A DNA stretch of 64,000 bases, taken from Eledone cirrhosa (taxonomy: Eukaryota). How positions within the stretch are numbered: position 1 is the stretch's first letter; every line of letters begins with the position of its first letter. A program made the position numbers and the translations under genes. The stretch lies in NCBI GenBank assembly GCA_964016885.1, contig OZ024742.1:179986001-180050000 (forward strand), given 5' to 3'. Shown piece by piece: positions 13,506 to 26,611 of the stretch. Under the pieces are notes generated by a model that was not told where the DNA came from, made no database searches, and saw only the letters and a program-made list of their open reading frames with translations.

Positions 13506-14059
13506 GATTGTAGATGATACTTCTAAAGATGGTAGACAACTTCTTAGAGGAAAAAAAAACAGAAACCAAAAACATCTGGTTCAATAATTTTGAATAATTG
13601 CCTAAGTAGCTGCAATAATTCCAACATTAACAGTAACACCAACCATATTAAGAAGAAAATCAATGAAGTCAAATATGTGTGATAATGACTGCATCAACAA
13701 CACTTACAATAGTTTCAATGGATGATATCAAAAATAAAAATGGCCGCAGTAAAAAAAGTTGACTGCAACAATCAAAATACATATACAGAAGCTAAGTCTG
13801 GATCAAGGTCAACTGATGCTCTCAATACAGCTGCCCAAAATGGTTCTATCACCCACTCCCCTATCTAAACCCTTCCAATGTCAATTTGACAAGATGTTGA
13901 GACATAATGAGTACTGATTGTGAAAATCTATATTCAAATTGTTCTGTATCTCCTATAAAATATTAGTCACTTTAGAAAAGGGAGAGTAAAATTGTGTGTG
14001 TGTGTGTGTGTGTGTGCATGTGTGTGTGTGAGAGTGGTGAGGGTAATAGTAGCAATGCC

Positions 14060-14460
14060 GAAATATATTTTTAAATCCCAGATGATTATATTATTTGTGA
14101 GTCATCGAAGTACAAGTACTTCAGAAGGCTGCTACACATGCCATCCAAAAAATATGCTGGCAGACAGGAACTACTCCTTGCAATGGTGAAAATATGGAAG
14201 CTTGCGTGTTATGGTCATGTATCCTGCCACAACTCCTTGTCCAAAATCATGCTTCAGGGCACAGTCGAGCGAGGGCAAAGAAGAGGCAAACAAAGAAAAT
14301 CCTGACCCAACAACATCAAAGACTGGACTGGTCACTACACTGAGACCCCTCTACAGATAATAGTGACCAATGGCGATGACTGATTTTGAAAGTGTCTAAA
14401 GTGGCAAGTAAACGACTGGCTGCACCAGTTGTGGGAACATGATGATGATGATAATGATTA
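14060..14460 (+). mobile_element. RTE LINE 3' end fragment
   Basis: KLACYGHVSCHNSLSKIMLQGTVERGQRRGKQRKS..NIKDWTG; (GAT)n tail. Confidence 0.75.
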
Positions 14461-15425
14461 TGACATATATATAACTTATAGATAAAATATTTAAAACACC
14501 ATATTGATCATCCGTGTTCCTTTCTAATTAAACAGAATTTCATGGGGTTCAAACAATTTAAGCCCTTCTTTTATCCCTCAACAATGATGGAATTGTGTCT
14601 TAAGGAACTAAGATCCTGATGCTGAGGTTGAGAAACCTCAAACAGGATGCCATTCCTCTCTCTATCCTACAATTTACCATTTGAACCAAGATACATCTGA
14701 CATAATCATCCTCATCATATCATCATCACCAACCACTTTTAACATCCACATTTCTATGCAAGTATATTTTGGATAGGTCATTACTGACCAAGTCAGCACT
14801 CAGTCAGAGCCACTGCCTTCACTGATGAGCCAGGATCCACATCACATTTATATACATTTCTACTATTTACATAGTGTATTGAGTGCCTTTTATAGTAACA
14901 CCAGCACTTGGGAGGTGCTACCATTGACACAATTGAAAAGTCCTCACAACTCTTTGTTTGGCATTATTTCTATGAGTTCAAATCCCGCCGAGGTTGACTT
15001 TGCCTTTCATCCTTACAGGGTCGATAAAATAAAGTACCAGTAATGCACTGGGTAATTGTTGGCCTTATGCCTAAAGTAGAAACAATTATTTCTATGCCCA
15101 GATGTCTTTCCTAATACCAACCCATTTATATAGTGTACTGGATGCATTTTATTTTGGGCACCAGCACTAAGGAGGTTGTTGTGTTCTTGACACAACTAAA
15201 GGGTCCTTAAACCCATTGGTTGGCATGTTTCCTATGGCAGGATGCCTTTCCTAATGCTAACCAGCTTACAGGTTGTACTGGATGTATTTTTGATGTCACC
15301 AGCACTACAGAGTTTGACAAATCCTTAACACAGCAGAAGAATCCTTTTAAAACTTGAATAAAAAATGTCTGAGGTGGTTACTTATTTCCTCGGGGCACCG
15401 AGACTTTGTTTATATTGTTTAATGG

Positions 15426-15872
15426 TTAACCCTTGAGTATTTACATTACTTTATATTTACTAAGGCGGTGGATTGGCAGTATTGGTAGAGTGTCGGATGC
15501 CATGCTTTGGCGCATAGAGTTACGGCCCTTGCCATTCTGAGTTGAAATCCCGCCGAGGTTAACTTTGCCTTTCATCCTTACGGGGTCGATAAAATAAAGT
15601 ACCAGTAATACACTGGTTAATTGCTGGCCTTGTGCCTAACGTAGAAACAATTACTTTATATTTACTATTATATTTACTATTATATTTTCACAGTAAAGGC
15701 TTTATCTCACATAATTATCTCACATGAGATTTTGATATTATTTATTTTGATATTATTTATTTTGAGAGAACAATAACTTAACGTTGGTGAGTGACCAGTT
15801 ATGGCTGGTTCAAACAGAAAGAGGTGAGAGAATTCTGACCAGATATGGCCGGCTTAAATGCTAGAGAGTTAA
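15426..15872. mobile_element. TTAA-flanked MITE interrupted by a SINE
   Basis: Left TTAACCCTTGAGTATTTA; right end reverse complement TTAACTCTCTAGCATTTA. Confidence 0.55.
15463..15649 (+). mobile_element. Full-length SINE family 1 with 18-bp TSD
   Basis: ATTACTTTATATTTACTA at 15445-15462 and 15650-15667; head GGCGGTGGATTGGCAGTA. Confidence 0.9.
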
Positions 15873-16589
15873 TCCAGCCTTGACACAAGCTATATGTGTA
15901 TTAATGATGTGGTGAAACTTGGCTTTTCATATTTCCAGAGTCAATGAAATAGCAGTACTAGGGTTGGTATAATCAACTTACCTTTCCACCAAATTGCTAG
16001 CCTTGTGTCTAAATTAGAAACCATTATTATCAATATATTGATCTTCACCATTGCTGCCACCACCACTGCAGTCAACACCAACTCCACCATTGCTACCACT
16101 GCCAACATTACAATTACTAGCACTGTCTAACACTACCACCACCACCACTACAGCCAACACTAGTATTATCACTACCACCACCAGCCCCACTCTTACAAAC
16201 CCTCCACCACCATTTTTATTATCATTATCCAATTTCCATCAACTACAATCTCTCCTAATTCTCTCTTGGAATATTACATAAACTAAAAATTCCTTTAAAC
16301 AGAGCTGCTCCAATGAATAAGATGGAGTAGTGGCCTTTAAGACTTATCTGTTTCTATTTAATCAACAACAGTGTGCATACCTTCAACTACCCTGTCTCGC
16401 TTAGCTGACAGCTAAATAAAGAGAAAATAACAGTTAGTATTAAAGCATCATATAATTGGAAATTAGCAATCAGTTTAGGGGGATGGGGGGAAATGAGCAG
16501 ATTGATTTCTTTTCAACAAAAGTCTATAGATTATTATCGAAATAAATTAAAACAAAACTAATAAAATCAATTGAAATGAAACCTCAATA

Positions 16590-16755
16590 TATTGCCTTTA
16601 TATCTGCTCTTTATATAAACTCTTTCATATAAATCTTTCATATTAATTCTTCATAGAAACTCTTTCATATAAATCTTTCCTATAAACTCTTTATATAAAC
16701 GCTTTCATGTAAATCTTTCCTATAAACTACTTTATAAAATCTTTCCTATAAAAAA
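16590..16755. repeat. Short-unit (~13-14 bp) tandem repeat ATAAA(C)TCTTTC(A/C)T
   Basis: About 10 visible units. Confidence 0.7.
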
Positions 16756-17587
16756 TGTATAACTTTTACATAAAGATTTGGGGTAAACTTAAGGCAGATA
16801 TAATTATTCCTTTGTACCCCCTCCCCACCCGCCGACAACAACTATATGAACTGCAGACATTTTCATGTCCTCATCAGAGAACTCTTCCTATGGGATATTT
16901 TTTATAACAACACTATATACATCATACAGATTATAGAAAATATCTGAAATAGTCAGATTAATTTGCATGATGTGTTTATGTTTGTAGACATAATTCAATA
17001 AATAATAAATATTTATGCCAGAACATAGCATATATTAGAAAATTTAAGGTAAACTTAGTATAAATATAATTACTGTTATTTAATTGGAAGCATTAGCTGT
17101 AAAAAAGAATAATCTGTGAAGTGTAAACACATTCAACTATTCTTCCATTCATAGAACAACACAAAGAATTATCCTGATGCATTTCAGTCATTAACATGTC
17201 CTTATCAGAAACCCTAACCCTAATCATAGATGATTCAGTGTATATAAATATTTAATATATATTCTTTCATATAAATTCATTCATATAAGCTCTTTTACAT
17301 AAACTTTTCATATAAACTTTTACTTTTATCGTTTTTAAATTTGCTGTTATAACTATATTTCTACACGTGCTGAGTGTCGTGAATTTCTTTATTGTGAAAA
17401 CTTCGTACAGATAAGTGTTCATATTTATATCTCCAAATTTGTGATAAATTTGTATGTATAATGGCTGAAAACTTTGTAAAGATATTTGTATATATATATA
17501 TGTTTCTGTTATTTCTTCGTAAAGATAAGTATTCATATTTATATCTCCAAATTTGTGTTAAATTTGTAGAGATTTGTATATATATAT

Positions 17588-18175
17588 ATCATCATCATCA
17601 TCATCATCAACGCTTAACGTCCGTGTTCCACACATGCATGGGTTTGGACGGGGGTTTTCCCACTTGAGGCAAGAGTGATTGTCTTCCTCGCATAGGACAG
17701 TCTGGCGGGTTTTCTACAGTTGGATGCCCTTCCTAACACCAACCACATTTACAGTGTGGGGCTGGGAGGTTTTTACCGTGTTGCCTACATGGCCACATTA
17801 CAGTGTGGACTGTCTGGCGGGTTTTCTACAGCTGGATGCCCTTCCTAACACCAACCACATTTACATTGTGGGGCTGGGAGGTTTTTACCGTGTTGCCTAC
17901 ACGGCCACATTACAGCGTGGACTGTCTGGCGGGTTTTCTACAGCTGGATGCCCTTCCTAACACCAACCACATTTACAGTGTGGGGCTGGGAGGTTTTTAC
18001 CGTGTTGCCTACACGGCCACATTACAGCGTGGACTGCCTGGCGGGTTTTCTACAGCTGGATGCCCTTCCTAACACCAACCACATTTACAGTGTGGGGCTG
18101 GGAGGTTTTTACCGTGTTGCCTACACGGACACATTACAGCGTGGACTGTGTGTTTTTTTGTCGTGACACCTACAC
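17588..18175 (-). mobile_element. Non-autonomous RTE-related element with four internal 112-bp tandem units
   Basis: (CAT)n at 17590 is a (TGA)n tail on the minus strand, next to an RTE-type 3' end (GCATGTGTGGAACACGGACGTTAAG); units start at about 17697, 17809, 17921 and 18033. Confidence 0.85.
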
Positions 18176-18206
<31 letters not shown>

Positions 18207-18384
18207 GACTTATAAACTGTGTTGAAAATTTTGTGTAAGCCATTATGTATAAGACACGAGATTTCCGTTATTTCTACACGTGCTAAGTGCTGTGAATTTC
18301 TTTATTGTGAAAACTTCGTAAAGATAACTGTTCATATTTATATCTCCAAATTTGTGTTAAATGTGTATGTATAATGGCTTATAC

Positions 18385-21300
18385 ACTTGTGATATCCTTT
18401 CTAGTGCTGGTGGCATGAATAAAAGCACCCAGTCCATGCTGTAAAGTGGTGCTGGTAGTAGGAAGGGCATCCAACCAGTATATATACTACTGCCAACAAC
18501 TATGAACAGAACAAATAAGAATTGCAGCAACTGCGTCAACAGTAATAACACTAACCATATTAGGGCTGTGCACGGTAGTGGGATGGCTGGTGCAGCCATG
18601 TGCGAGACCCCCGTCCCGACCGTCATCAAGCAATCGCACAACAACAACTGCGTAAACAGCAATAACACTAACCATGTTAGGGCTGCGTATGGTAGGGGGA
18701 TGGCTGGTGAGGCCATGTGTGAGAACCCACCGACCATCATCAAGCAATCGTACTACAGGAAAAGGAACAAGAATATGAAAACGTCGCATCTCAGAGTTGC
18801 AACACTTAATGTTGGCTCTCTCACAGGTAGATCTGGTTTAATAATGGAGATGTTGCAGAGAAGGCATGTGGATGTGTGCTGCGTGCAAGAGGTGAGATGG
18901 AGAGGTGCCTCTGCGAGACTAATCGCAGGCAAACATCTTAGTTATAAGCTTTTCTGGGTGGGTAATGATGATGGGTTGGGGGAGTAGGCATTTTCCTGAC
19001 TGAGAGATGGATCGATAAGACAATAGAGGTAGTTCGAGTTAGCAATAGAATAATTAAGCTTAGATTAGTTGTAGGCAAGAGACTACTGACAATCATCTCT
19101 ACCTATGCTTCCCAGGCAGGCCTAGGTAAAGAAGAGAAAGACTGCTTTTACGAGCAACTTTTACAAATAGCCGCAATGACAGAGGATGGAGACATCATTA
19201 TGCTAGCAGGGGACTTCAATGGTCATGTTGGACAGCTCCAGGATGGTTACACTAGGGTACATGGTGGGCATGGTTACGGCTCAAGAAATGAAGAAGGAGT
19301 GAGACTTCTGGAATTTTGTGATGCAAGTACACTAACTTCCAGAAACCTGCGAACAACCTAATAACCTACGAATCAGGTGAGCACATAAGCCAGATTGACC
19401 TCTTGCTAGTTAGGCCGTGGGACAGGCAGATAGTGTCAAATACCAAGGCATACCCCGGACAAGGATGTACCCCGCAGCATAGGTTAGTCGTTAGTGATAT
19501 CTCAGTAAGCAAGAGACAGAATGATTCCAATAGGAAGGTTGGAGAAGAAAGGTCTGAAAGCTAAAAGAACTTTCACTAACATACAAATTTAGGAAAGCCC
19601 TTCAAGATGTGTATGACGAAAAAGAAGATGATTTAGAGTCGTATGACATAGATGATAACTGGGATTTCTTACGTGACAACTTACTGTAGGCTACTGAAGA
19701 AACTTATGGCTGGAGCAGAGCGCCAACAAGACAGAGAGTGACCTGGTGGTGTAACAGCACAGTAGATAGGGTCATTAGAGACAAAAGACTAGCATGGAAT
19801 GCTTGGAAATATGGTGGGAGTAGAGATGGATATACAGCTGCTAAGAGAGAAGCTCGACGTCAGGTGTATTTAGCATGCAGGGAGGCTGAGAGTAGGAGGT
19901 TTGCCAATGTTCTGCGACAGGAAGATCAGAGACATGCAGTGTTCCGCAGTGCAAGGCAGTGTGTCAATGCAAATCAGGATGTTGTTGGAGGTAAGTGTGT
20001 CCGGAATGATGCCGGTGTACTTAGTATCACAAATGATCAGAAAAAGGAGGCCTGGAAATGTCATTAAGAAAGACTGATGAATGTGGAGAACGAATAAGAG
20101 AGAGAGAAATTACCCTTAGTAGATCCGACAGAGGGACCAGCTATTGAGATTGATGAATATAGTGTCCAAGAAGCGACTAAGGAAATGAAAAATGGTAAGG
20201 CCATTGGACCGCCGGGGATAGTTGCTGAGATGCTGAAGGCATCAGAGGATGTAGGCACTAAACTGGTTGCACGCATCATCAATCAGGCTATATATGGCGG
20301 TGTCATACCCAAAGACTGGTGCAACAGTATTCTCATAAATTGCTACAAAGGTAAAGGGGATACTCTAGAGAGGAGCAATTATAGAGGCATAAAGCTGATG
20401 GATCAGGTATTGAAAGTGACAGAAAGGATATTAGCGCAACAAATTAGAGAAAGGGTCAAACAAGATGAGATGCAGTTTGGTTTTGTGCCTGAGAAAAGTA
20501 GAACAGATGCATTCTTCTTAGTGAGACAATTACAAGAGAGGTTCTTAGAGAAGAATAAGCCACTATACTTAGCTTTTGTTGACCTAGAGAAGGCCTTTGA
20601 TAGGATACCCCGATCTGTCATCTGGTGGTCCCTAAGGAAACTAGGTGTTGAGGAATGGCTTGTGAGGACAGTGCAAGCTTTGTACAGAGGTGCTGTCAGT
20701 AAGTGAGGGTAGGAATGGTGTTTAGTGAGGAATTCCAGATACAAGTAGGAGTACATCAGAGTTTGGTCCTCAGCCCACTCATGTTCATTATCGTCCTCCA
20801 AGCCATAACAGAGGAGTTTAAGACTGGCTGTCCATGGGAACTTCTCTATGCTGAGGATTTGGCTCTTATAGCAGAATTAGTAGAGGAGCTAGAGAATAAA
20901 TTCTGGCTATGGAAACAACAGTTGTAATCAAGAGGACTGAGAGTGAACCTAGCTAAGAGAAAAGTGTTGATGAGTAGAAAAGAGGAAAAAACTGATTCCG
21001 TCAGGGAAATGGCCATGTTTGATATGCAGAAAAAGGAACTGGCATAAATTCTATAAAATGTACACAATGCAGATCTTGGGTACACAAGAGATGTAGTGGG
21101 ATAGCAGGCAAACTAAAAGGTATGGAGAAATACGTATGCAGTAGATGTACAGGGAAATTTAACAGTAGAAGTCGCATTGATAGACACATATTTCAAATGC
21201 AGATGGGTGCTACAGAAGTGGTTGCTAGCTTCCAGTACCTTGGTGATCAGATTAGCATGGGAGGAGGGGGGGGGGGTTCCAAGGCCATAGTATTTAGAAT

Positions 21301-21843
21301 AAGGACAGGTTGGAAGAAGTTTAGGGAGCTTCTTTCTCTGCTGACGAAGAAGGGTTTCTCCCCGCGTATGAAAGGCCGGTTATATGATGCCTGTGTGAGG
21401 TGCACGATGCTGCATGGTAGTGTGACATGGGCAGCAACTGCAGATGATATGCGACACCTGGAGAGAAATGAGGCAAGCAGGCTCCGTTGGATGTGCAATG
21501 TCAATGTGCGTGAACGACCGAGCATCAATGTGTTGAGAGAGAAACTGTGTCTGAGAGGGATAAATTGTAGTGTGTGGGAGAGGAGACTGCGATGGTATGG
21601 ACATGTGAGGCGCATGGAGGATGACCGATGGGTAAATAAGTGCCAAGAAATGCCAGTTGTAGGAAGACATAGTAGAGGAAGACCACGAAAAACATGGGCG
21701 GAGGTGGTGAGAGCAGACCTCAGATCGCTGAAGCTCACGGTGGAGATGACGAAGGACCGTGACAAGTGGAGAGATGCTGTGCTGAATAGGACCCATCCCA
21801 CCCTTGCAAGCAGGGAAAAGCAGACGTAAAATGATGATGATGA
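18385..21843 (+). mobile_element. Near full-length, inactivated RTE-clade LINE (APE endonuclease + RT + PHD finger)
   Basis: ATLNVGSL, CCVQEVRW, AGDFNGHVG, NYRGIKL, QFGF, FVDLEKAFD, LLYAEDL, SFQYLG, RRLRWYGHV, GRPRKTW; several stops and frameshifts in 18502-21829; (TGA)n tail. Confidence 0.96.
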
Positions 21844-24118
21844 ACTATAAGCAGAATTCTTTTAATGTCTAGACAGTGAGGGAATCACCCTTTTTAGGAC
21901 AGTTATGACTCATGGGATGGAGAGAAGAAGATATGTTCAAACCAGAGGCCTGGCACAAATGTTTGCAATAAGGTAGGCTTAAGTTGAGGCATCAGTGAGC
22001 TAGGTGGGTGGTGTTATTGTCACAACTTCAATGACACAACAACTGACAACCAAAGAACTTAGAAACATACAATGTTCCACATTTAAGATCAGTTTAAAGG
22101 ATTTATGAATACATGTTCTGCTCTATCATCATAATTTTTAATTTTACATCTGTTTACCAATGTTAACATGAAAGTGGTAAATCCAATTTACAGTCAACAC
22201 TTATGCAGGTTTAACTGGCATCAGACAAAATTTTATTTCATAGGGTTTTAATGGTATGACTCCAGTCCTATCATGAAATGCAGCATGAAATGAAGGAGCA
22301 TGCTCAAGAAGAGAATGTGTTGTCCTATGTAGGAATCGAACCCACAATCTTATGATCATGAGCCCATATGCCTTCATAATGTTAGCATTGGCTGGATGTG
22401 ACATTTCAAGGCAGATCTCTGTGGCTGGGTGCCCTTCCTGATGCCAATGCTAAATTTTTTTTAGAAAGTAAGATGCTGATCTTTGTATGTCAAACGACTG
22501 AGCTGTAGGATCTCTATTGACATGGAACAAGCACACAGACACACACATCATCATTTCATCATTTCATTTTACGTCCACTTTTCCCTGCTTGCATATACAT
22601 ATACATATGTATACATATAAGCACACACCACACACAACCAACTTTCATAGAGTTCTTGTCTTCCAATTTTCCTCACAATGCATTGGGGTTCTGCAAAGTG
22701 TGTGTCTCTCTCTTTCTAACGACATAAATGATTGTAAAAATATTACCATACTGTCTTTAGTTGGATATAATAATCATGTTAATGTGTATTAATGTGTTGT
22801 TTTTTTATGTGAAACCATCATCTTTTATGACAAGACAATTATCTGCATATATATACATAAAATTAGATATGTATGTAAATAACATTATAAACTTATACAA
22901 ACAAGCTAATAAAAACACATTTACCAGTACAAATACAAGTAATCACAAACACACAAATAAGACATACAGATAGAAATATGTACTTACATACTCACATGAA
23001 CACAAACAAATACAGAGAGAGGGAGAGAGAGAGAGAGAAGTGCAAATGTAAGTATATACAAAGATATACAAACATGAACCTATATATGTATATATTGCTT
23101 CTCTCCTCAATCCCCCATCTCTCCCTCTTTCCCTACATATATATTATTATCATTATAATCAGTTTTACATGCTGGCATGGATGGATGAGACTTTCTGAGG
23201 TAGTATTCTATGGCTGTATGTCCTTCCTTAAGTAAGGTATGGGGCAATGCCTATCTACTCGCTAATCAGGGACATCGCTGTTGATATGGAAAGTAAAGAA
23301 ATACCACCACCTGCAATATAGAATATGAAGAGACATATACACAGACAAAGGTTATTGCCAATATTAATGCCACATAAGAATATAAGACAGTATTTGTTGC
23401 CCTTGGGTTATCTGTTTTATTTGGGCTCAAATTACATAAAATTCTCATTATTTTCTCATGTTGTTCTCATAATTCCTAAATACTTCCATAAATCATTAAA
23501 GCCTGAAAATTGCTGAGCAGAGGTAAATATAGATTATCTTCAATGAAACTATATGTTCTGGTATGAAACCTGATGGTAGCCTACATAATGTGCAATATCA
23601 TTATTATGTAACTATAATAATGAGTAAATAAACAATAAAGAAATCATAAACAATTATTATATGATTATATAACTCTGCTACTGATATAGAGCTTTCTCAC
23701 CCATATGTTAATTTGGCTGACTTTGTAGACCATAAACACTTAAAGAAGAATGAAAGATGGAGCTACCATATTTCTGTTCAATTCACTAGTTTTAATATTG
23801 ATTACCATACTGCCATGTATGACAGCTATTCAGATGGCATACCAACAAGGATCTTTCTTCTTAAACACTGGCTGATGACACTAGATGTACTAAACAAAAT
23901 ATATGATTGATTTGTCCGGACAAAAGATAAATATAGATCGATGATTTTGGTATAAAATATTTTATGTTCCAAAAGTCTGTTTTATATTTTATCACCTAGA
24001 CTAAGCCATAGCTCTAAACTATTTTATTTACCATCAATTTTGTATTTTTATTAAACTCTTTTGTGGTTACTGCCACAATTTTAGATGAGATAGAAATGTA
24101 TTTAATTCTCTCTATCTA

Positions 24119-24151
<33 letters not shown>

Positions 24152-24176
24152 CTGTGTGTGTGTGTATACATATACA

Positions 24177-24525
24177 TACAGGGTGTGTCAGCTTTTTAGG
24201 ACATTTGCATGAATTGAGAAAAAGACGCTTAGCATATTTAAACAATGCTATATTTAGATACAAATTTGTACAAATACTATTTACATTACATTTATGATAT
24301 TCAATGAATCCTCCATTAGCCTCAATGTCGGCTTCAATACAGGGACTGAATTGTTGACATTCCTGAATTAGATGACCTCTATCAATACTGAACGTTGTGC
24401 TGATAATGGTGGACTTGAGAGATTCTATAATGTTGTGAAGGTAATGATTGAATTCTTTTTCAAATATGCCCCATACATAATAGTCCAGGGATTGAGATTG
24501 GTTGAGCTAGAAGGCCAAGCATATA
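24177..24525 (-). mobile_element. Tc1/mariner-superfamily transposase C-terminal relic with one TIR
   Basis: Minus strand WPSSSTNLNP-DYYVWGIFEK and CIEADIEANGGFIE; TA-CAGGGTGT end at ~24177. Confidence 0.75.
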
Positions 24526-26302
24526 AACCAACAATTACTAGTTTTGTATTATTGCCTCACTGCCCACAATTTTGGTTCTCCTCAAATTCTCTGTGTGGGG
24601 TATATAAGAACCAGTGGACATGTGAAATGTTTTACATGTCTTTGCTGAAATTGCTCAGGAACCTTTACATGAGACTTTTAAAGGACCCATACCTCACATG
24701 TTTAAAGAAAGGTTTTCTTTTACAGTTATATTCATAGCAGAAAATAAATGATTTATTAACAGATAAATGATATGGGATAATTACGTGCAATACATTTTTA
24801 ATACATTTTTCATATTCATCATACTTTACGATGATTAAAAATCAGCTTAGCATATTCCCTATCAACTATTATATATGCTTTTCTACTGGGTTTGTAAGAG
24901 TTTCAATGTCAATGTTCTATGTATGTGTATTGTTAGAAGTAACAGCATGTAGATTACACTAGTCAACAACATTTTGTTTTTGTTTCTGCTGATCTAGTTT
25001 GAGACCTGTTCTTGAGTAATTTGGGGCCACTGAGTTTTAAAATGACAATGCTTTCTTTTCTATCACATCAAGTTTTTCATCTATGGGCTGGTCCATATTG
25101 GCCCCACCATGTATAGAAGGAAGAGTGTCACAGTAAAATTAATAGAACAGAACATATGAGCAAGATGTGGATCTCTGACTCATCTAGTCCCAGATCACAT
25201 GGAAAACAAGTGTCAGCATGGAAAAATAAGTGAAATGATGATGATGATGATGAACTGAGGGAACACAGATTACCATGGTGCATAGTAATGGAACAGTCAG
25301 AAAAAGTTTTATTCATCAACAAATCACAGATGTGTGAAGCATCTGGATAGCCAGCTTAACTTAACAGTTCTCAGGGCAGATGGAAAAAAAAACTTCTATG
25401 AATGTTTGAGTTTCTTTGGGCAAAATTTGGTAGCAATCCTGCAGTGGAAGTAATCAAAGACGAATGGAGAAATGTAGCTTGAGCAGATTCCCAGAGCATT
25501 CATCTTTCCCCTGGCCTAGTGGTTAGGGTTTTAGACTCAAAATCATAAGGTCATGGGTACAATACCTGGATTGATCAGCACATTGTCTTCTTGAGGAAAA
25601 AATAAATTATTTCATATTGTTCCTTCTGCCAGATGTTTTGACTATCAGATAAATTAATCAATGGAAATATTGTTTCCTCAGTCTGATCTGATGATTTGTT
25701 TTGCCTGCAGTGGTGACTGACACATAATATCACCAATGGAGAGACCAATGGTAGCATTATTTCCTTAGTTTGATCTGATGATCAGCTCCTTTTCTTTTTA
25801 GAAATAACTATGACCTTATGAATAGCCTAACAAATAGAAGAAAAATTGAAATGTATGTTGTTATTGTTGTTCAGTATTTCCATGGTTTCAGTATTTTCGA
25901 TTGTGTTTATGGCATGAACTCATTTGTTATTGTTCTGATATCTGGAAATGTTTCATTATGTCAGATTATGTAACAATAAAAGAACATCAAAGAGTGTATT
26001 GAAACGTGAACAAGAGGAATGCAAGATTAGAGATATATATAAATAAGATGATAGACAATGATAGGCACAGAAGAAATAAGAGTGAAGAGAGAGAAACAAT
26101 ATTTTTTCCTGATAAAAATGCATGACTGCTGCCCAAAGAGTAAAAGCAGTAAAAGAGTTAGAGATCATATCAAATCTTTCATAACATTATTTCATTTGAA
26201 CCATAAATACTATGAGGTTAAAGTTTTAAACTGTTGACCAAATAATCATATATTCAAATCTTACTATATATGCACATCATCAGATCAAATCTTAATACGC
26301 AT

Positions 26303-26611
26303 GTTGAGAGGACTCTTCAGTTGTATCAAGGGCATGATAACCTACCAGGTGCTGAGACCACAATAACATGTGCCCAGTACATTCTGTAATGTGGTTGGCA
26401 TTAGGAAGGGCATCCAGCTGTAGAAACCATGCCAAACAAAGGATTGAGAGGACTCTTCAGTTGTATCTAGGACATGATAATCTCAATGGTCTCAGTGCCA
26501 TGATAACATGAACCCAGTAGGCTTTGTAAAATGCTGGAATGCATGTAAGTGAGATGTGGGTCCCTGGTTCATTTGAAAGGGCAGTAGATTCAATTAAATA
26601 ATGATGATGAA
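26303..26611 (+). mobile_element. Non-autonomous RTE-related element inserted in a ~30-bp tandem repeat
   Basis: GTTGGCATTAGGAAGGGCATCCAGCTGTAGAAACCATGCCAA module, internal ~140-bp duplication, (TGA)n tail; ACATCATAAGTTCAAATCT..CATATG units on both sides. Confidence 0.6.

Noticed and set aside
15941-16281. Thr/Pro- or Gly/Val-rich ORFs (also 5553-5783)
   Set aside because: Degenerate (ACC/ATC)n trinucleotide low-complexity DNA.
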